Of a DNA stretch of 64,000 nt, positions 59,128-64,000 are shown piece after piece. The notes beneath the pieces are model-generated. The model was given only the letters and a program-made list of their open reading frames with translations, had not been told where the DNA came from and did no database searches. This DNA comes from a bacterium (GTDB lineage: Bacteria; JADJOY01), in the NCBI GenBank assembly GCA_046331705.1, contig JAXLQJ010000008.1, forward strand, positions 62,001 to 126,000. The letters run 5' to 3'. Position 1 is the stretch's first letter; each line of letters opens with the position of its first letter. The position numbers were made by a program, and so were the translations under genes.

Positions 59128-60642
59128 TCAGGTTCCGCTCGCTGCCGGCGGGCCCGCAGCGTCGAGGACGCGAAGCGCGCGCTCGGCGTGATAGCGGACG
59201 GCGCTGTCCCGATCGGACACGGCTTTCGCGAGCGCCTCGCGTGCCGGTCGGGCGACGGCTCCGAGGTCGCGCACGGCGAGCACCGCCTCCAGACGCACGC
59301 GCGCGTCCGCGTCGGCGAGACTCGCGGCCAGGTCCGCCACGGCGGGCGCCGCCGCCGCGCCCAGCTTCCCGAGCGCCCAGGCCGCGGCCCGACGGACGTG
59401 CACGTTCCGGTCGCGAAGCGCCAGCGCCAACGCCGCGGACGCCTCGCTGCCGCCGTCGGAACCGAGGCCAGCGAGCGCCAGCACGGCTTCGTGGCGGACG
59501 TCGTCGTTGGCGTCGCGAAGCAGCTGGCCGAGGGTCGCGACACCGGGCGCGCCGAGCCCGGCGAGACTCTTGATCGCCTCGAATCGAACGCCCCAGTAGT
59601 CGTCGCGAGCGGCCTCGGTCAAGGGCGTGATCGCGTCAGCGCCGAACCGAGCGAGCGATCGCGTGGCGGTCATGCGCACGTTCGGATCGCCGTCGTGAAG
59701 GAGCTTCATGAGGCCCGGCAACCCCGCGGCCCCGAACGCGGCCAACGCCGCCGCCGCTTCGCCCCGCAGCGACGGCTCGCTGTCGTCCACGGCGGCGAGC
59801 ACCGCGGCGCGGCCCGCTTCCCCCAACCCGACCTGTGCGCGAAGCGCGGCGCGCCGCACCTCGAGAGCGGGATCGTGCAACGCCGCATCGAGAATGGAAC
59901 GCCCCGCCAGCCCGAGCTGCCCAACCAGCGCCACGACGCGGCCACGCTCCTCCGCGCCGCGCTGGGCTCGCATCGCCCGCTCGAGCGCCGGCAGCGCCGC
60001 CGGTCCGATCGTCACCAGCGCCGCGCCGATGTGTCGTCCATCGTCGGGCGCATCGGCGCCGAGCAACGAGGCCAGCATCTCGGCGGCACCGGGCCCGAAC
60101 GCACCGAGCGCCTTGGCGGCGGCTTCGCGGACGTGCGCGTCCGGGTCCTCGAGAAGCTGGCGGAAGACCGGCGGCGGCTGGCTCGCGTGCCGGGACCCTG
60201 CTCGTCTGGCCGCGATCGTCCCGAACGCTTCGATCGCCTCGACGCGCACTCGCCAGTCCGTCTCGCGCGCGAGCGCCGCGACCAGCTCGCGCTCGTCGCC
60301 CACGACGCCCAGCGCCCGCGCCGCCGCCTTGCGCACCTGCCAGGCCGGGTCGTCGAGAAGGGCGCGCGCGAGCAACGGGGTCGCGCCTGGGCCGAGTGAC
60401 CCGAGCGCCTGCATCGCCGCGCGCCGGACCTTCCAATCGCCGTGGGCCACCAGCGGCGCGAACTGCGCGGGCTCGTGAAGCCCCGCGGGCAGCTCCACCG
60501 CGGGCTCGGCGTTCTCCGCAGACTCGCCGTTCTCGGCGCTGGCGCGCGCGATCGGGAGCCACGCGATGGTCGCGAGCGCGAATGCGCACACCGCCGCGCC
60601 AAGCCGCGCGGGACGCGCGGGACGCGCCGCGGCGGCCGTCAC
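59128..60642 (-). CDS. Secreted HEAT/PBS-lyase repeat protein
   Basis: GTG overlaps the nadE stop; signal-like N-terminus; many DxDxxVRxxAAxALG repeats. Confidence 0.82.
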   Translation of the reverse strand: MTAAAARPARPARLGAAVCAFALATIAWLPIARASAENGESAENAEPAVELPAGLHEPAQFAPLVAHGDWKVRRAAMQALGSLGPGATPLLARALLDDPAWQVRKAAARALGVVGDERELVAALARETDWRVRVEAIEAFGTIAARRAGSRHASQPPPVFRQLLEDPDAHVREAAAKALGAFGPGAAEMLASLLGADAPDDGRHIGAALVTIGPAALPALERAMRAQRGAEERGRVVALVGQLGLAGRSILDAALHDPALEVRRAALRAQVGLGEAGRAAVLAAVDDSEPSLRGEAAAALAAFGAAGLPGLMKLLHDGDPNVRMTATRSLARFGADAITPLTEAARDDYWGVRFEAIKSLAGLGAPGVATLGQLLRDANDDVRHEAVLALAGLGSDGGSEASAALALALRDRNVHVRRAAAWALGKLGAAAAPAVADLAASLADADARVRLEAVLAVRDLGAVARPAREALAKAVSDRDSAVRYHAERALRVLDAAGPPAASGT

Positions 60643-62372
60643 CCCTGGTCCCAGTTGTTGGTGATCGGCATGCGGCGGTCCTTGCCGAAGGCCTTGGGCG
60701 TGATGCGAATCCCGGGCGGACCCTGCCGTCGCTTGTACTCGTTGCGATCGACGGTGCGCGCGACGCGCCGGACCACGTCGACGTCGATGCCGCGCGCGGC
60801 GATCTCCGCGATCGAGCGGTCCTCCTCGACGTAGGCCTCGAGCACGCGGTCCAAGAGCCCGTAGGGCGGCAGCGAGTCCTCGTCCTTCTGATTCTCCCGC
60901 AGCTCGGCCGTGGGCGGACGCTCGATCACCGACTCGGGGATGGGCTGCCCTGGCCCTTGCCGGTTGCGATGGCGCGCCAGCGCGAAGACCAGCGTCTTGG
61001 GAATGTCCTTGAGCACCGCGAAGCCACCCGCCATGTCGCCGTAGAGCGTGCAATAGCCCATGGCGTTCTCGCTCTTGTTGCCCGTCGTGAGCAGCAGGTG
61101 ACCGAACTTGTTCGAGAGCGCCATCAAGAGCGTGCCGCGAATGCGCGCCTGCAGGTTCTCCTCGGTCACGTCGGAAGCGCGCCCCGCGAAGAGCGCCGTC
61201 AGCGCGGTCGCGAACGCGCCCACGAGCGGCTCGATGGGGATCGTCGGGCAGCCGATGCCGAGCCGCTTGGCGACCTCGAGCGCGTCGTCGAACGTGCCAC
61301 GCGAGGAGAACCGCGACGGCATGGTGACGGCGTGCACGCGATCCGTCCCCAGCGCGTCCACGGCGATGGCCGCGGTGAGCGCGGAGTCGATCCCGCCCGA
61401 GAGCCCGACGAGCACCGAACGAAAGCCGTTCTTGCGGACGTAATCGGCGAGCCCCAGCACCAGCGCGCGCCACACCACATCGAGGTCGTCGAGATCGGGC
61501 GCGAGCGGGGCGACCGCGGGCAGCGGCGCGGCGGCGGCCACGCGCATCCGCGGGACCTCGACGCGATGGAGCGGCGGCTCGGGAGCATCGGTCCACGTGC
61601 GGCGCGCCATCGGCTCGCGCAACCGGCGGCGACGCGCCGGCGAGAGATCGACGTCGACCACCAGCAGATCCTCGGCGAACATCGCGCCCGACGCGATCAC
61701 CCGCCCTTGCTCGTCAAACACGGCGCTGCCGCCGTCGAAGACCAGCTCGTCCTGGCCGCCCACCAGGTTCACGAACACCAGCGGCACGCTGTGATCGGCG
61801 GCGCGCGCCGCCAGCATCGTGCGACGCACGTGCTCCTTGCCGCGGTGGTAGGGCGACGCGGAGATGTTGACCGCCAGCAGTGCGTTGCCGGAACGCACCT
61901 GCGCCACCAGCGGTCCGTCGGGAACCCAGATGTCCTCGCAGACGCTGATGCCGATGGGAAGCTCGCCCAGCACGAGCAACGTGGGAGTCTCGCCAGGCGC
62001 GAAGTAGCGTTCCTCGTCGAACACGCCGTAGTTGGGCAGCTTCACCTTGCGTCCGAAGCCACGCACCTCGCCGTCCGAGAGAATCGCCGCGGCGTTGAAC
62101 ACGTCGTCCGCGAGCAGCGCCGTGCCCACGATCGCGGTCAGACCGCGCGTCGACTCCGCCAGACGCGCGAGGCTGTCCCGCGCCTCGGCGAGAAAATCCG
62201 TCCGGAGCACCAGGTCCTCCGGCGGATAGCCGGTGAGCGCCATCTCGGGGAAGACCACCAGCTCGGCGCCCGCCGCGCGCGCCTCGGCGATGGCGGCGGC
62301 GAGCCGTTCGCGGTTGCGGTCGAGCGCGCCAACCGTCGTGTTCACTTGAGCGAGCGCCACGCGCAATCGCAT
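60639..62372 (-). CDS. nadE: Glutamine-dependent NAD+ synthetase
   Basis: Nitrilase domain (FPEM, LPNYGVFDEERYF, CEDIW) plus GLSGGIDS, ENLQARIRG, TTGNKSE, EYKRRQ. Confidence 0.96.
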   Translation of the reverse strand: MRLRVALAQVNTTVGALDRNRERLAAAIAEARAAGAELVVFPEMALTGYPPEDLVLRTDFLAEARDSLARLAESTRGLTAIVGTALLADDVFNAAAILSDGEVRGFGRKVKLPNYGVFDEERYFAPGETPTLLVLGELPIGISVCEDIWVPDGPLVAQVRSGNALLAVNISASPYHRGKEHVRRTMLAARAADHSVPLVFVNLVGGQDELVFDGGSAVFDEQGRVIASGAMFAEDLLVVDVDLSPARRRRLREPMARRTWTDAPEPPLHRVEVPRMRVAAAAPLPAVAPLAPDLDDLDVVWRALVLGLADYVRKNGFRSVLVGLSGGIDSALTAAIAVDALGTDRVHAVTMPSRFSSRGTFDDALEVAKRLGIGCPTIPIEPLVGAFATALTALFAGRASDVTEENLQARIRGTLLMALSNKFGHLLLTTGNKSENAMGYCTLYGDMAGGFAVLKDIPKTLVFALARHRNRQGPGQPIPESVIERPPTAELRENQKDEDSLPPYGLLDRVLEAYVEEDRSIAEIAARGIDVDVVRRVARTVDRNEYKRRQGPPGIRITPKAFGKDRRMPITNNWDQG

Positions 62373-62556
62373 CGAACACCTCGCGTCGGGCCACCGGAGA
62401 GAATTCACCGCCCCGCGCCGAAACTACCCGAGCGGGCCACCGCTCGGCGAGCCGTTTGGTGCCAGATCTCGCCCCACGGATACCGCTCCACGAGCGCCCT
62501 CCGCGCGCCGAGGCGAGATGCGCGCGCGGCGCCTGCTATGCTGCGCGCCCCCGTCG

Positions 62557-64000
62557 ATGCCCGCCGTGATCTCCGCCGCCCCGTTCTCGAACCAATCCGC
62601 GCGCTCGATCGGCGCGCGCGCGCGGCCGCGGCGCCCGGCGACGGCCATGCTCGCGCTCGCGGCGACGCTGCTGGCCGGCGGCGCGTCCGCGGAGGTGGCG
62701 CCACCGTTGGCCGTGGCGCCGGCGCAGGCGGCCCCCAGCGCCCCGCGCCTCATCGACGTGCAGGCGTCCACGCTGCCCAACGGGTTGCGGCTCTGGCTGC
62801 AGCCCACCCCGGGCAGCGGACTGGCGCACGTGCGTTTCGTGGTCCAGGCGGGCTCTGGCGTGGAACCCGAGAACGCCAACGGCGTCGCGCATTTCGTCGA
62901 GCACATGCTCTTCGACCGCGAGACCGATCCCATCATCCACGGCCTCATCCAACGGCTCGAGGCGAACGGCGGCTACTACAACGCGTTCACCACCCTAGAC
63001 ATGACGTACGCCGTGGTGGACACGTTCGCCGCCGATCTGGAACCGTCGCTCGAGCTGGTGACCCGCTCGCTCGACGCCGGCCCCTTCACCCCCGAGCAGA
63101 TCGAGATCGAGCGCCAGATCGTCGGACGCGAGCTGAGCGAGAAGCAGGACGACGCGCTGCTGCTCGCCGTGCGCGGCCAGCTCTACGGTGACCAAGCGCT
63201 GGCGCGCCCCGAGGGCGGCACACCCGAATCCGTCGAGCGCATCAGCGCGCGTCAGCTGCGCTCGTTCTTCCAGGCGCACTATCGGCCGCCGGCGCTGGTG
63301 CTGATCGTGCTCGCCGATCGCAGCCCCGAGGAGATGCGCGCGGCCATCGACAAGACGCTCGGGCGGTTGTCGTGGTCGGGGCGCGCGCCAGCACCGTACG
63401 CGCCGCCCGAGCGCAACCCCGGCCCCATCCAGGTCGACGACGTCGAGCACACCGGCGCGCTGCTGCACGGCGTGGTCGCCTCGGGTGCGCGCGACGCCGA
63501 CTACTACCCGCTCTGGGTGCTGCAGGAGCTGCTCGAGATCCGCCTCTACGACCGCATCCGGGTGCACGGCGGCATGAGCTACGCGCCCTACGTCTACTTC
63601 ACGCCCAACCGCCACGAGGGGCTGCTCTACCTCTACGCCTCCGCCGACGACGCCGACTTCGCCGCCATCTCCGACGCGTTCGACAACGAGCTGAGCCGGG
63701 TGTCCACGGGCGAGATCGCGCAGGAGGAGATCCAGGAAGCGCGCCAGCGCGTCTCGAACCGTTTCCTGCGCGAGCATCAGGACGGCGAGGACCTGGCGAA
63801 CCACCTGGCGTGGCTCGCGGGTGTGCTCGAGCCGAACGAGCTTCCGCAAGATCCCATCGACGCGTTGCGACGGGTTTCGCGCAAGGAGCTGAAGCGCGTG
63901 GCCGATCGCTGGGGCGCCGAGGAATTCCGGATCGACGCTCGCTTCGCGACCGACCCAGGGAGCGAGCCCAAGCCCAGCCTGTGGAGCCGGCTCGCGGGCT
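62557..64000 (+). CDS. M16 (pitrilysin-like) zinc peptidase, secreted, partial
   Basis: Manual translation: TLPNGLR, NGVAHFVEHMLF (HxxEH), YNAFTT; no stop before the window end. Start at 62557 or 62647. Confidence 0.88.
   Translation, partial: MPAVISAAPFSNQSARSIGARARPRRPATAMLALAATLLAGGASAEVAPPLAVAPAQAAPSAPRLIDVQASTLPNGLRLWLQPTPGSGLAHVRFVVQAGSGVEPENANGVAHFVEHMLFDRETDPIIHGLIQRLEANGGYYNAFTTLDMTYAVVDTFAADLEPSLELVTRSLDAGPFTPEQIEIERQIVGRELSEKQDDALLLAVRGQLYGDQALARPEGGTPESVERISARQLRSFFQAHYRPPALVLIVLADRSPEEMRAAIDKTLGRLSWSGRAPAPYAPPERNPGPIQVDDVEHTGALLHGVVASGARDADYYPLWVLQELLEIRLYDRIRVHGGMSYAPYVYFTPNRHEGLLYLYASADDADFAAISDAFDNELSRVSTGEIAQEEIQEARQRVSNRFLREHQDGEDLANHLAWLAGVLEPNELPQDPIDALRRVSRKELKRVADRWGAEEFRIDARFATDPGSEPKPSLWSRLAG

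Noticed and set aside
59835-63191. Very long alternative ORFs (also 56724..59543 -, 3810..6350 -, 37170..39710 +, 23804..26287 +, 589..1560 +)
   Set aside because: Arg/Ala/Pro-rich shadow frames overlapping well-supported genes, as expected in high-GC DNA.

Overview
High-GC bacterial chromosomal window whose gene content suggests a Myxococcota/deltaproteobacteria-like organism (inference). It is mostly housekeeping and accessory metabolism, with about 63 CDSs and no rRNA, tRNA or CRISPR array recognised. Left end: a partial secreted multiheme cytochrome c with at least 11 CxxCH motifs, missed by the ORF track. Next, a 1.5-14.9 kb region holds three ArsA/Get3-family ATPases, an orphan ParA coupled to an acyltransferase with a ParA-partner-like N-terminus, and a PhaR-like/phasin-like protein; I propose it as a storage-lipid/granule handling and positioning locus. 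That region also contains a sigma54+IHF promoter driving a STAS-ECF sigma-anti-sigma cassette. Middle: maf-yggS-proC-yggT-yggU, folD-gcvT-gcvH, a convergent gcvPA-gcvPB-galK, an IS1202-like (ISNCY) element with a perfect 17-bp target duplication and a frameshifted transposase, a sulfatase relic, a B12 radical SAM plus methyltransferase, a CSLREA surface protein and a PA14 + GT-C pair. Right: an unannotated 50-aa basic ORF, marR-yceI with a clear promoter/operator, a RAYT (Y1) transposase with REP-like flanks, COG3014-ycfL-lpoB, namZ, a probable heteromeric acyl-CoA dehydrogenase pair, nadE and a partial M16 peptidase. All family assignments come from motif recognition by eye, not database searches.
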